Virus record (IMG/VR): IMGVR_UViG_3300045988_053200
Location: 1 to 43,437 of that record
DNA from: a virus
Length of the DNA stretch: 43,437 nt
Direction: 5' to 3' (one strand)
Positions 6,541-17,174 of the stretch are shown in pieces; the stretch's first letter is position 1, and each line of letters begins with the position of its first letter. The translations under genes and the position numbers were made by a program. Below the pieces are notes generated by a model. It saw only the letters and a program-made list of their open reading frames with translations, did no database searches and had not been told where the DNA came from.

Positions 6541-8716
6541 ACTTTAAAGTCGCTTTAATATTTCTACTACACATATTTACTGAAAATTTTTCTACCTGCC
6601 CATTACCAATGTAAGTTTTTATTAATTGCATCGGATTTGGCTCCGTTCCTGCTGACGGGAAATTTATTGTTTGTTTTCTTTTCCGCTCAATACTACGTGC
6701 ATAACTATCTGTATTATTAATTAAAAAATTACGTGCGGGCATATCATATACCCAATATGTGGGTTGTATATTAATATATGCTAAATAACCATTCTGTAAA
6801 TAGTATTCTACGTTTTCAACTGTTTGCCTTGTAAATGGCAGTTCTAACTGTCCGCCGCCATCCGGTACAACTGCGGCAAACAAAGCGAATCCATCCGAAC
6901 TAATTGCACCGGGGTTTAACAACATCAAATCAATATCAGACGTGAAATTGGAAATATTTATTTCTTCAATCTTTCCGGCTGTTACATATTTTGACGTAAT
7001 TTCTATTGGCAAACCCTCGAACGGTGTTGTTACATCATCCATCCACTCAAATTGATAACGTTCCGGCATTTCTACTTTGTCAAATGAATATTCGGAGGTT
7101 GCAAAGGCTAATTTTTTACCATTTCGCACATTTTCTAATTTTGTTAAATCATAACCAATAATTGGGTTATATCCATACGAACCGCCATTTCTAAACCAAT
7201 TTATTTGTTCTATTTTAAATTTTCCGTCCTCAATATACCAATAACATTTATATGTATCCCGTAACATCGTCATAATCTGTTGCAATGTAACCGGGGCTTT
7301 TTGCGCCGGGGTCTGATATTCGCCATTAATAATGTTACTTTTTTGACTAATTAACAATGTAAATGATTCTCCGGAAATAGGGTTGCTTGTATTATATAAA
7401 AATTGGCTATATTCCGGCGTCGCTTCATGTGTTATTTCCGGGGCAAATTGTTTCAACAGAACATTGATACATGACGACAAAGTAAATGTATCTTTTAACG
7501 TGTATGCCTTGCGTGCATTTTGTTCTAATATCCAATCATAATATGATAATCCAAACCATATTGACGCATAACGCCATGTTGAGCGGGCAATAGGGAAAAA
7601 AACTTGACCGTACGCATACGGTGGGGAAAAATACTTTCCATTTTCAGATAAACCATACTGTGTGGGTTTATCAGAAAATAAATTTGAGATATAAGCCACA
7701 CTAATTGCATAGCCTATTACTCTGTGATAATTCCTATTATTTTCAACAATATCATCGGCTGGTAACTCATACGTATTAAGGTTGTCAATTTTTTCTACAT
7801 CGCATAGATAACGGGCAAATATATTATAGCTTTTCATGTCGGCATGTATAGTTCCGCTTGCGCCACTTCCACTTACTGCACTCATATCAAACTCCAATGT
7901 GTCAAATGGACCTTCATATAATTTTTGATAACGAAATAATGGCGAATCATCGCTTATACGCCTTAATTCAACTAAAACAAAACCAATTGGAAATGCACCA
8001 ACTAAATCTTGCGATATGTAAATATAATAATTTGTGTCGCCGTATAAATTACCGGAAAAATCAAGTTGCTGCGCATCATTATTCATTCTTCCGGAATATA
8101 GCCCTATTACATCATTTGGCTGTCCATCTCCGGTTATATTAATTTCCTTTAAAATGTTACACAACGAAAAGTGATATTTTGAAACCAAATCGTTCTGATT
8201 TGTCACAACATTTGCATCTTGTTCCCAATTGGTAGCCCCCAAAAAACAAGAAACAATACTATCCCCCGGAATATATATTTGTACTAATGGGCGTTTCCGT
8301 ATTGTAAGATATTCAATTTTTGGTGCTAATTCAACTAAATTATATTCTTTTTCCAATCCTGCCAAAACATTGTTGTATTCGTCTATTGTTTCCGGCTGCA
8401 CCGTAACCAATTTATCATCATCATTAAACGTACAATCTGTTTTCATAAATTTTGCTTTATAGTATTGATTGTATGTTTGTCCCCAATCATCACTTTTTTC
8501 GATATATAGAAAAAATTCAGAATCAAAAAGGGCATTATTGATAATGTCGTAATCAGCACGGACAAAGTTTATTTTACCGGACAATTTAGCCCGGTAAAAT
8601 CTTTGATTTGTTTCCAATTCATAGTCCAACGCCAAATCATCTTTATAATTTGGATTAACAACTTGTTTTTCGCCGTCCTCTCCTATTTGCAAATAGAATC
8701 TATATTTCGGTGTCAT
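6527..8716 (-). CDS. Distal tail / tail-tip protein (putative).
   Basis: 729-aa ORF immediately after the tape measure, with an ATGA overlap. Called from position only. Confidence 0.5.
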   Translation of the reverse strand: MTPKYRFYLQIGEDGEKQVVNPNYKDDLALDYELETNQRFYRAKLSGKINFVRADYDIINNALFDSEFFLYIEKSDDWGQTYNQYYKAKFMKTDCTFNDDDKLVTVQPETIDEYNNVLAGLEKEYNLVELAPKIEYLTIRKRPLVQIYIPGDSIVSCFLGATNWEQDANVVTNQNDLVSKYHFSLCNILKEINITGDGQPNDVIGLYSGRMNNDAQQLDFSGNLYGDTNYYIYISQDLVGAFPIGFVLVELRRISDDSPLFRYQKLYEGPFDTLEFDMSAVSGSGASGTIHADMKSYNIFARYLCDVEKIDNLNTYELPADDIVENNRNYHRVIGYAISVAYISNLFSDKPTQYGLSENGKYFSPPYAYGQVFFPIARSTWRYASIWFGLSYYDWILEQNARKAYTLKDTFTLSSCINVLLKQFAPEITHEATPEYSQFLYNTSNPISGESFTLLISQKSNIINGEYQTPAQKAPVTLQQIMTMLRDTYKCYWYIEDGKFKIEQINWFRNGGSYGYNPIIGYDLTKLENVRNGKKLAFATSEYSFDKVEMPERYQFEWMDDVTTPFEGLPIEITSKYVTAGKIEEINISNFTSDIDLMLLNPGAISSDGFALFAAVVPDGGGQLELPFTRQTVENVEYYLQNGYLAYINIQPTYWVYDMPARNFLINNTDSYARSIERKRKQTINFPSAGTEPNPMQLIKTYIGNGQVEKFSVNMCSRNIKATLKYDTE

Positions 8717-11700
8717 AGCTTTTTAATTTTACGTTTCACATTTTTGTAACTTTCAATCGTATTTCCGTCGCCATCCACGTAAATCCGTCGTCGGTTCTGT
8801 TCCTTAATTTCCCTTACATCATCCGACAAATTGCGTAAATCCGGGCTTTGTCCATTAACGTTCAACGTTAAACCGTCCCCGTCTGAATATGATTGTAAAT
8901 ACTTATGCGCAAATGTACCATTGTTTAACGAATTGATAACGTCCGGTATTATCTTTCTAAATCTGCGTGAACTCCGCTTGTTTATAACGGCAAAAAATTC
9001 GCCTCCCTCTGCACGTCTGCGGGTTCCGTCCGGCTTTGTCCCTAAATCAATATCATTTCCGCTTTGGTGTGAGCCACCCTCCAATAATTCAACGGTTCCG
9101 TCGCCGTACGTTTCTGTTCCTCCGCTTTCTCCGGTTTGCTTTGCTAATTGTGCCGCCTTAATTTTAGACGCTGCAAAACTTGCCCACATTACGGCAATTG
9201 CCGGAATTGCCAACGGGAAACCCAATTGCGACCAAATCAACGCCGTTGCTGTTACCATGTTTCCGATTTGCTGCAATGTTTGTATTGCTGCCTGCTGTTT
9301 TTGCGCTTTCTGTTGCTCTTTCAACGCTTTTTCTTGGTTTTTCCTTGCCAAATCCAACTCCTTTTGCGCTTGTACAACATTATTGGCGTAACCGTTTGCC
9401 CTTGCTTCCAATTCTGCATCCAACGCCGATTGTGCGGCGGAAACTTCTTTTTCCGCTTGTTCAACTGCTGCATCAGCCGCCGCAACACGTGCTTCAGTGA
9501 ATGTATTTAACGCATCCAATGCGTATTGCATAGACGTATTAATTGCCTCTTTTTGGTCGTCGTCCAAATTAAGCCCAAACAAACCGTAAATGTCTTTTCC
9601 TCGTTCCTCCCCTTTGGATTGCTCAATTTCTTGGTCTATTTTTTTTATAGTGTTTTGAATTGTTTGTACTTCAACATCAGACAATTTATTGGCTGCTTGC
9701 TCGTTCAATTCTAATACCTTTTGCAAACGTTCCTTTTCTGCCTGCAAACGGAATTGGGTTTTCCGGGCTTCTGAATTTCTTAACAAATCAAATTCAGATT
9801 GCGCCAACGCTTGTTGTTGGTCAAACATCATTAATTGCGCTTGCAAATATTCGTCGGCAATTGCGTTTCCCTTAACGTCAAATCCGGCATTAATTACCCC
9901 GGCGTCCTGCTGTTGTCCGGTCGGCTTTTGCTCATTCTGCAACAATGCTGTTTGTCTTTCATTCTCTAACAACTGCATACGCAATTGTCGTTCCTGCTCG
10001 CTTCCCTTCTTGACCGCTTGCAAACGTAATTCAATGCTTTCTTTCTGCAATGCCAATTCTTGCAACTGCCGTTCTTGCTCTATTTTCAACAACGCCTCTG
10101 TCTGCTGCTGTTCTAACGCCGTAATTGTTGCGTTTATCGCCTGCCGTCCGGTTTTGTTCAAATCCTTTTCGGTCTGTAATTGGTGTTGCAAATCCTCAAT
10201 CTGTCGTGAATACTGATATTGCGTTTGCTGCCGACGCTTTGCCCATTCGTCGGTTTCCAACTGCAATTGTGCATCCTGCAATTTCCGGGTTGCCTCCAAA
10301 TTCTTTTTATAAGCCGCTTCAATTTCCTTTGCTTGCCGTTCTGCTGCCTTTTCCGCATCGCTTTTACCCCTTGGTTTTACGGTTGGGGTCTGTGTCGTTA
10401 CGGGCTTATTGTCTGTTTGTGGCGTCGGGGTATCTCCAACAGAAACCGGGATTGTTAACGGTTTTATTTTCTTTTGCATACCCTGCAAACCCTCTTGGAA
10501 ATTTTCTGTTATGTCTTTAACTTGGGCTTTAACCAAATTTCTGTACGCTACTGCATAATCTGCCAATCCTTTTTTTACATCGTCAAAATCCAACGTAAAC
10601 GCTCCCTTTAATGCGGTTCCGGTTGCTTTGACTATATCAATAAAGAACCCAAACAAATTTCCCAACGTATCAAATGTTGTTTTGAATCCGGCAACAATCC
10701 CATTCCAAATTGCACGTATCAAAACACTTTCATTGTATAACTCAATAAAGTAATTGATAACATCAATAACGCCTTTTATTATCGCCGTTAAGCCTTGATT
10801 TACAAAGACTTTTGCTTTTGTTGTCAACGTTTCAAAATTTCCTCCGGTTGCGTCGAATAATCCGGACAATGCGTTTTGTAACTCAATTTGGCTTTGCAAC
10901 TGTTCCTCCTGCAATTTCGCTAAAACTCCGGCTTTCCCTTTTACTTCGTCCATGTCGGTTGAAATATCTTTCAACGTACGCAAATATTGCAATCCGGCGT
11001 CCTCTCCGGGACCCCCGAATATATCTGCAATTGCAGCCCCGACCGTTGCCGCATTATCCGGCAATTCTGCCAATTTTGCGGAAACGTCTTGTATAACATC
11101 GAACGTTGTTTTGGTTCCGGTCTGCAAATCTTTTTGAACTTGTTCCGACGAAATACCGATACCGTCCAAAGCCGCCGCCGTCGCCGTCGTCATTTCACGC
11201 AAACGCAAATTTGCCTCCTTAATTGCGTCAACGCCTTTGTCGGAAAAGATACCCATTTTGTTCGTTTCGGCGACAATTGCAACAAATTGGTCTGCTGATA
11301 TTCCCGCCTCTTTGAAATATGCCGGGTATTCTTTCAACGTGTCTAAAAATTCCCCGTTCGCATCGGCTCCGGACAAAAAACCATCCTTAACCAACTGCAA
11401 GGATTCATTTGCAGAAATACCAAATTGTTTTGATAATGCGTTTGTTGCAATCAATGTTTCCCGGAAATCTGCGCCGAATGAATCTGCAACGGCTTGCACC
11501 TCGTTTCTAAACGCTTTCAAATCATCGCCGCTTTTCCCGGTAAATTGTTGCGTCAACCTTGTTGCCTCAACTAATCCGGCGTTGTAATCGTACCACCATT
11601 TGAACGCCGCACCAGCCGCCGCAATCCCGGCAATTGCCAAAAATACGGGATTTGAAAGTAAACCTAACAAAGTTTTCCCCAATGCCTTTGCGCCATCGCC

Positions 11701-12378
11701 TATTGCTGTAAATACTTCTTTGCTTTCTGCGCCTCCACGACCTAACGCCAAAAGACTTTCGCCAAATGAATTGTTAAGCCCCAACGTTTCTTTTAATTTG
11801 TCGCCATACGCAATTATTGCGTCGGACGCCTCCGTATAATTACCAACGTTTAATTGATATTTCCCGGTTGCCTCCTGCAAACGCTTCATTTCTTCGTATA
11901 TTTCCCGTGTCTGCTCAACCAACTTGCGCCCCTCCTCGGTATTTTCTCGCTCGGCTTTCGTCATGTTGTTCAGATAGATTTTATTTAACGAATATTGCGC
12001 CGACAACTTGTTATAACTACCCTCGGCTGACTGATTTATTTTTACAATCAATTTGTTTATTTGGTTGGCTTCCTGCTGTGCCAATTTCAACTCCGCCAAC
12101 TTCTTTGCGTTCTCGCTTTCCGCAAACGCCAAATCACGTTGTGCACGTGCCAAACGTTCCGCGTCGTCTGCGGCTTTCTTGGTTGTGTTCCTGCCGTCCT
12201 CGGTTGCCCCGGAAACCTTTTGCAGAACCGCCGCCAACTGAATTGCTTCCGCCCTAATATTTTTCAACGCATTTGTATATGTGTCTGAAAGTTCATCCAA
12301 TTGCTTTATCAAATCAGTAATTGAATTATCGGGGCTTACCAAATCAGAATATTTAATTGGGTTATTGTTATCTGCCAT
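8713..12378 (-). CDS. Tail tape measure protein (1,221 aa).
   Basis: Supported by size, long coiled-coil/Q-E-K-rich stretches, internal hydrophobic segments and a TMP-core-like region (GADFRETLIATNALSKQFGISANESLQLV..AGISADQFVAIVAETNKMG). The start was moved to ATG 12378 (MADNNNPIKY); the track start is TTG. Confidence 0.85.
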   Translation of the reverse strand: MADNNNPIKYSDLVSPDNSITDLIKQLDELSDTYTNALKNIRAEAIQLAAVLQKVSGATEDGRNTTKKAADDAERLARAQRDLAFAESENAKKLAELKLAQQEANQINKLIVKINQSAEGSYNKLSAQYSLNKIYLNNMTKAERENTEEGRKLVEQTREIYEEMKRLQEATGKYQLNVGNYTEASDAIIAYGDKLKETLGLNNSFGESLLALGRGGAESKEVFTAIGDGAKALGKTLLGLLSNPVFLAIAGIAAAGAAFKWWYDYNAGLVEATRLTQQFTGKSGDDLKAFRNEVQAVADSFGADFRETLIATNALSKQFGISANESLQLVKDGFLSGADANGEFLDTLKEYPAYFKEAGISADQFVAIVAETNKMGIFSDKGVDAIKEANLRLREMTTATAAALDGIGISSEQVQKDLQTGTKTTFDVIQDVSAKLAELPDNAATVGAAIADIFGGPGEDAGLQYLRTLKDISTDMDEVKGKAGVLAKLQEEQLQSQIELQNALSGLFDATGGNFETLTTKAKVFVNQGLTAIIKGVIDVINYFIELYNESVLIRAIWNGIVAGFKTTFDTLGNLFGFFIDIVKATGTALKGAFTLDFDDVKKGLADYAVAYRNLVKAQVKDITENFQEGLQGMQKKIKPLTIPVSVGDTPTPQTDNKPVTTQTPTVKPRGKSDAEKAAERQAKEIEAAYKKNLEATRKLQDAQLQLETDEWAKRRQQTQYQYSRQIEDLQHQLQTEKDLNKTGRQAINATITALEQQQTEALLKIEQERQLQELALQKESIELRLQAVKKGSEQERQLRMQLLENERQTALLQNEQKPTGQQQDAGVINAGFDVKGNAIADEYLQAQLMMFDQQQALAQSEFDLLRNSEARKTQFRLQAEKERLQKVLELNEQAANKLSDVEVQTIQNTIKKIDQEIEQSKGEERGKDIYGLFGLNLDDDQKEAINTSMQYALDALNTFTEARVAAADAAVEQAEKEVSAAQSALDAELEARANGYANNVVQAQKELDLARKNQEKALKEQQKAQKQQAAIQTLQQIGNMVTATALIWSQLGFPLAIPAIAVMWASFAASKIKAAQLAKQTGESGGTETYGDGTVELLEGGSHQSGNDIDLGTKPDGTRRRAEGGEFFAVINKRSSRRFRKIIPDVINSLNNGTFAHKYLQSYSDGDGLTLNVNGQSPDLRNLSDDVREIKEQNRRRIYVDGDGNTIESYKNVKRKIKKL

Positions 12379-12484
12379 ATATCCGACTTTTATTTTGTTA
12401 TTTGCGGGCAATTTGCCCCACAATCGATTTTCTTTTCTTAGATGTATAATTTATCGTTTGAAAAATAAAAACGCCTTAAACGCC

Positions 12485-13258
12485 TTATTTTAGCTTTTTC
12501 TGCTTGCTTGCTTTTTTCGCTTGCTCCTTGATGTATTCAAATGCGTTGTAATATTCCAAAACGGTAAATTTTTTCGGGTCAACATGCAAATTCTGTGACA
12601 ATATCAAACACATATTTTCAAATTGTCTGTCATGCTTAATTTCCACGCCATCCGACCCGGTAAATTCTTGTGGGTTGAAATACGTTATCAACTCCGCCGT
12701 TATGTCGTCAATCTCTTTTGCATCCGCCTCGGTTGCCCGACCATCTATTATTGTGCGTAATACAACAATCGTTCTTTGTTTCAATTTGTCGTAATACTCT
12801 TTTAACGTTGCATCGTCGAACAACCGGGGGAAATACAAACGCAATTCATCGTCTATTTTTTTTTTAACCGCTTCCAATTGGGCGGTTATCTCTGAATGGG
12901 GGACGTCTGAAAAAAGATTGATTGTTTTCTGCAACCCGTCGTCGGACAAATCATTGCACGGCGTACCGTTTACAGATTTTACCAATACGGCAAAAGCCAA
13001 ATACTGGGGGGAAATCTCCGATTGAACGAAATACACGTTTTGGCGCAAATTCTGCAACTCTGCAATCGCCAAATTTGGCGTCGTACTGGCTGCATATCTT
13101 ATCGCCTTTTCAATATGACGGTCAAAGTCTGCCAAATCGGAACCAACCCCGGCGTCAACCAACAACATTTTATTGTATTTGTGGAATCGCATAATTGGCA
13201 AATCCTCAATTGAATCGTATATTTCAACGTTCATTCCTTTTATTTGCATTGTTTTCAT
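12485..13258 (-). CDS. Hypothetical protein; tail assembly chaperone candidate by position.
   Basis: 257-aa helical/acidic ORF directly upstream of the tape measure. No frameshift partner seen. Confidence 0.35.
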   Translation of the reverse strand: MKTMQIKGMNVEIYDSIEDLPIMRFHKYNKMLLVDAGVGSDLADFDRHIEKAIRYAASTTPNLAIAELQNLRQNVYFVQSEISPQYLAFAVLVKSVNGTPCNDLSDDGLQKTINLFSDVPHSEITAQLEAVKKKIDDELRLYFPRLFDDATLKEYYDKLKQRTIVVLRTIIDGRATEADAKEIDDITAELITYFNPQEFTGSDGVEIKHDRQFENMCLILSQNLHVDPKKFTVLEYYNAFEYIKEQAKKASKQKKLK

Positions 13259-13512
13259 AACAAAATACGTGTTATCATTGTACTACAAAAGGGAACGCCC
13301 AAATATACAGGGTTCCCGGTTAACACTAACGCAAAAAAGCAAATCAAAACACACGTCCACCACGACAAACAGAAATCGCAATTGAACATCTCTGCGAAAA
13401 AATCATCGCCATGAACTTGTACCCATTCAATTACACCCCATTTGCGTAACAAAGTCAATACAAATGCCGCTATCAACGCAACAATAATAATGCAATAAAT
13501 AAATTGTTCCAT
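13255..13512 (-). CDS. Small integral membrane protein with a CDFC..WW motif.
   Basis: MEQFIYCIIIVALIAAFVLTLL..FNCDFCLSWWTCVLICFFALVL. The start was moved to ATG 13512, 4 nt after the upstream stop. From memory only, it is DUF1360-like. Confidence 0.5.
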   Translation of the reverse strand: MEQFIYCIIIVALIAAFVLTLLRKWGVIEWVQVHGDDFFAEMFNCDFCLSWWTCVLICFFALVLTGNPVYLGVPFCSTMITRILL

Positions 13513-13516
13513 AAAC

Positions 13517-14095
13517 TTATAATCTACACGTTTCGCCAATACTCAATACGCCCTCAAACCGGAATCCGCCGAACGGGTGCATTAAAAATTGGTTTTCTAT
13601 TTCATCCAACGAAAAGCCCCGGTAAATGTTTTCCGCCAATTCGTACACTTTGTTTATTCTGTAACTTCCATTTCGCACCAAAAAACCGCCGTTCAAAACG
13701 TCCAATATTTGCCGCTTCAAATCCTCTTTGTTGCGTATGCTTGCATCGTTGTATATCTTTCTGTAATCAAACCAAAAGATAATTGAAAACGCCGTTTTTA
13801 TGCCAATATCAACTCCGGGTTCCCAACTGATATTTTGCGGGTCATCAACCCAAAAGAAACAGAAATTACCAATACCCGCATCGGGGCAAACTTCCATATA
13901 TTCGTTTTTCCCGGAATACACGTTTGGCGTATAATAGCGTTTTTGGTTTGCGTTCATTTTAACAAGTCTTTCCGCCCTGCCAAACGCATAATCCAACCAC
14001 GGCAAATTATCAACCAATCCGTTTTGAATGTTCCCAATAATCCGGTCTAACAATTCCGGGTTGTCAACAACCGGTGCTTTTACCTTATTTGCCAT
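13517..14095 (-). CDS. Virion protein (putative; tail tube or head-tail joining candidate).
   Basis: 192-aa ORF in the head-to-tail gene block. No motif recognised. Confidence 0.4.
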   Translation of the reverse strand: MANKVKAPVVDNPELLDRIIGNIQNGLVDNLPWLDYAFGRAERLVKMNANQKRYYTPNVYSGKNEYMEVCPDAGIGNFCFFWVDDPQNISWEPGVDIGIKTAFSIIFWFDYRKIYNDASIRNKEDLKRQILDVLNGGFLVRNGSYRINKVYELAENIYRGFSLDEIENQFLMHPFGGFRFEGVLSIGETCRL

Positions 14096-14543
14096 AAATT
14101 TGTTTTTTTGCTTTGTCCATTAAATCCGGATATATGTATTGCCATATCAGTATTGCAATATTTTCGTCCGTCAATCCTAATATCTGACGCCCGTATCTCT
14201 TTATTAAATCCTCTGTCTTAAAATCGGACGCCTTAATTTCAAATTGCTTGTCGCCAACTTCCAAAAAAAAGCTACTTTCAAAATCGCCCTCATCCCTTAA
14301 CGTAACCCGGTTTGTCGGCTGTCCCTTTGCCTCTTTAATTGCGATTGTTACGGGGCTGTATGGTGCATAATCCGAAATTTCGACGCCCAAACGGTTAATA
14401 CCTTGTTCAAACAATTGTTCCTCTGCGTTCAAATCAACTATATATGCCTCATTGTCCCATATAATATTTTGTATTATCCGCCCGGACGTCAAAGCCTCGT
14501 TGAAATCCGCAACCCTTTTTCGCAAATCGGTTATCCGTTTCAT
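14085..14543 (-). CDS. Virion protein (putative head-tail connector/adaptor).
   Basis: 152-aa ORF in the block between capsid and tail genes. Called from position only. Confidence 0.4.
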   Translation of the reverse strand: MKRITDLRKRVADFNEALTSGRIIQNIIWDNEAYIVDLNAEEQLFEQGINRLGVEISDYAPYSPVTIAIKEAKGQPTNRVTLRDEGDFESSFFLEVGDKQFEIKASDFKTEDLIKRYGRQILGLTDENIAILIWQYIYPDLMDKAKKQIYGK

Positions 14544-14595
14544 AAATACAATTTTTACATGAAATTATATACAACTTTCCCTTTGAATTATATAA

Positions 14596-15936
14596 TTACA
14601 CGGTTCTGTATTTTACGCCTCTGTTGTTACAACTTAAACAAATGCGGTCTAATCCCTGCGTATCAATTCGCAATGCCTCATACGCCTTTTTTAAGTCATA
14701 CCCCAACCCGCCCGGTCTAACGCCGGATGTGTTTCCGTCCAACTCATACAGAATGTCTGTACGGCTTGCGTTTGACTGATTGCGGTTTACCCTTACGTTG
14801 GGGTTCATGGCTAACGTACGCAATGCAATTGCGGCAACTTGCCGTTGTATCACGGTTTGGAAAATAGCCCTTTGAGAAATAACAAAATCGGTTAAATCGC
14901 ATCCAATTGTAATTTCGCAATTCAACCCGTAATTCTGTGTTCTCGTGTATAAGGTTTGCGCAATGTCCCATAATTCCGGATATTCTGCGAACGTTTCTGG
15001 CGCATGGTACATAAACGGCGTTACTTGTAAATACTTTGTCAATTCGCGCCAAACCTCAACGGAACCAATGTTGCACGTTCCGCACGGCTCCCGGCTCCAA
15101 TCCTTTGATACGTTAATTGCTTCCATTCCGGCGGGTAATTCGTCTTGATTGTAGCAAAGGAACCACGACCCCCCGGCGTTGTTCTTGTCGCTTATATACG
15201 GCAAATAACAATCAGTCAACGGGAACCATTGAAAACCGCCATTTGTTACGGTAAAATTCAAATCATACGTCTTTATTGGGTCTATCTGCGACGAATGAAA
15301 CAAATACATTCTAACAACCCCGGTTCCCCCGGTCATTTGCAAACCTATCTTTTCAATTTTCGCCGTCACTCCCATTGCACGAACCGGAACAATTTCAAAT
15401 CCTACCAACTTATGATTGTTTTGTAACGTCGCCCGTATGCGTCCGGCACCATCAAAGAACGTTTTTCGCTCCAACAAATTACGTGTTTCTTTGTCTAACT
15501 GCTTAATCTGTGTAAACGTCTGTATTGCGGTCGCAATTCCGTTTCGGGTCATTCTCTCCAAAAAGTCCGTCAACATATTATACGGTTTCCAATATGGGTT
15601 TCCGTAATCCTCCCGGCTGTAATCATTATTAAAATCGCTTGCCGTTGGTTCCTCTCCGGTGTTGTCAATTTTAGCAATCCAAACAATACCGTTATGGCTT
15701 ACTTTCTGCCCGGCTTTGTACGGCAATACCATATTCCATTCCGGGTATTGCAGCCCCCAATCATCCGGCATAATACTCTTCATATTATCCAACGTCAAAA
15801 GCGGGTGCGCACCTTGAAAATACAACCCGCTTTCAGTCTGCGTTAAATCCGTGTCAATTGCTTTTGCCGGGTCAAAGGATTGTTCCCAACCCACGACGTG
15901 CAATAATGCGTCTTGTATTTCTTTTATTCGATACAT
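14596..15936 (-). CDS. Virion structural protein (446 aa) with a CBM5/12-like segment.
   Basis: First gene after the capsid terminator. The segment WNMVLPYKAGQKVSHNGIVWIAKIDNTGEEP resembles the W..Y..G..V..NG..W.A....G..P carbohydrate-binding pattern. Confidence 0.45.
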   Translation of the reverse strand: MYRIKEIQDALLHVVGWEQSFDPAKAIDTDLTQTESGLYFQGAHPLLTLDNMKSIMPDDWGLQYPEWNMVLPYKAGQKVSHNGIVWIAKIDNTGEEPTASDFNNDYSREDYGNPYWKPYNMLTDFLERMTRNGIATAIQTFTQIKQLDKETRNLLERKTFFDGAGRIRATLQNNHKLVGFEIVPVRAMGVTAKIEKIGLQMTGGTGVVRMYLFHSSQIDPIKTYDLNFTVTNGGFQWFPLTDCYLPYISDKNNAGGSWFLCYNQDELPAGMEAINVSKDWSREPCGTCNIGSVEVWRELTKYLQVTPFMYHAPETFAEYPELWDIAQTLYTRTQNYGLNCEITIGCDLTDFVISQRAIFQTVIQRQVAAIALRTLAMNPNVRVNRNQSNASRTDILYELDGNTSGVRPGGLGYDLKKAYEALRIDTQGLDRICLSCNNRGVKYRTV

Positions 15937-15954
15937 AGTTATTATTTTTAATAA

Positions 15955-15988
15955 ACAAAAAAGGGACGGGGGATTTTCCCCGCCCCCT
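15955..15988 (-). terminator. Strong rho-independent terminator after the major capsid gene.
   Basis: - strand GGGGCGGGG-AAAATC-CCCCGTCCC (9 bp, one G:U pair) followed by TTTTTT. Confidence 0.85.
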
Positions 15989-16011
15989 TGTTGTTAATAC
16001 TGAAACCGTAA

Positions 16012-17124
16012 TTAAACGGTCTGTGTGAAAATCGGCGTTTCTTCCGAATTGGTAACAAATATGGGCATACCCAAAGGTACATTTTCCGCACGTGCCGCAA
16101 TCTGCGCTTTGATAATCGGATTTGCAACCGTTGCCGGGTCGCTGTTGTATGCTATTACAAAGGCAACATCAGCACTAAATCCGAAATACTCTTTCACGTT
16201 GCATGTCATATCGGCACTTGCTGCGCCTGCCACTTGCGACTGGTCGCCTACTGCGGTGTAATAATGCGAGCCTACGGGCAAATCAATGTACGGCAAACGT
16301 ACAACATCCCATTCGTGGAAATTCGCACGTGTGCGGTTCAACGCCTCACGGTCAACACGGGTTAAAACGCCAACGTTGCCATCCTCTACGGCAAAGAATG
16401 TACCGTTTTTGCCAACCTCGTTGACAACGTTATTTGTATAATGGAACACTTTATTTTCGTATTCCATACGCTTGTTTACATCATTGTAAATACCGTGCTG
16501 TGCCAACTTCTTAATAAGACTGTCAATTCCGGCATTACCCACAACGTGAACCAAACCCGGATAGCAATTTGCACGCATAATAGGGTTAATATCACCCATA
16601 ATTTCGGTTGCCATCTGTGTTGGAACCTCAATAACATTTGCGGCAAAATTATAATTCAACTTGTCTTTCAGAACTTGGGTTTTCCCGGCTTCCAATGATG
16701 CAACCGCTGCTTGGTCTAATGCATTTGCAAACGCTCTGCAAACCTTTTCCATTTTACGGTTGAAGTCGTGCTCATACGAAATTTCGTTATTCATATACAA
16801 TGTCGGTACCATTGTAAAACCAACGGAATATGTCGCCCAAACCACTGTATAAAGGGCAGACGTATTTTCATCATCCGGAATGACACATGTACGAACGTTG
16901 CCAACTGTAACATCACCATCGTAATTGATAACCGGAACTTGTACCGTATTGCCGATTGAGGCAAATGCACGTTCACGCAATTTCGGGGACAAAATGGAAT
17001 TTCCGGCGTTGGTCTGCTCAATAAAAAAATCCAATGCGCCATACTCACACGGGCGGGTCATATTACGGTCTAACTCCGGGTTTTCTACTCGCCAATTCTG
17101 TAATCTTGTTGCAATTAAACTCAT
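16012..17124 (-). CDS. Major capsid protein.
   Basis: 370-aa ORF directly after a coiled-coil scaffold-like gene. It has an A-rich unstructured leader and is followed by the strongest terminator in the genome. The fold has not been verified. Confidence 0.7.
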   Translation of the reverse strand: MSLIATRLQNWRVENPELDRNMTRPCEYGALDFFIEQTNAGNSILSPKLRERAFASIGNTVQVPVINYDGDVTVGNVRTCVIPDDENTSALYTVVWATYSVGFTMVPTLYMNNEISYEHDFNRKMEKVCRAFANALDQAAVASLEAGKTQVLKDKLNYNFAANVIEVPTQMATEIMGDINPIMRANCYPGLVHVVGNAGIDSLIKKLAQHGIYNDVNKRMEYENKVFHYTNNVVNEVGKNGTFFAVEDGNVGVLTRVDREALNRTRANFHEWDVVRLPYIDLPVGSHYYTAVGDQSQVAGAASADMTCNVKEYFGFSADVAFVIAYNSDPATVANPIIKAQIAARAENVPLGMPIFVTNSEETPIFTQTV

Positions 17125-17174
17125 AGTTTTTTTATTTTAATTTGTTATTAAATGCGGGTTTACCCATTACCCGG

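Noticed and set aside
12500-12530. The A6G run (GCGAAAAAAGCA) near the end of the putative chaperone gene, considered as a -1 frameshift site producing a G/GT-type fusion upstream of the tape measure.
   Set aside because: The run is not in the X_XXY_YYZ register, it lies only about 12 codons before the stop, and there is no extended open -1 frame before the tape measure start.
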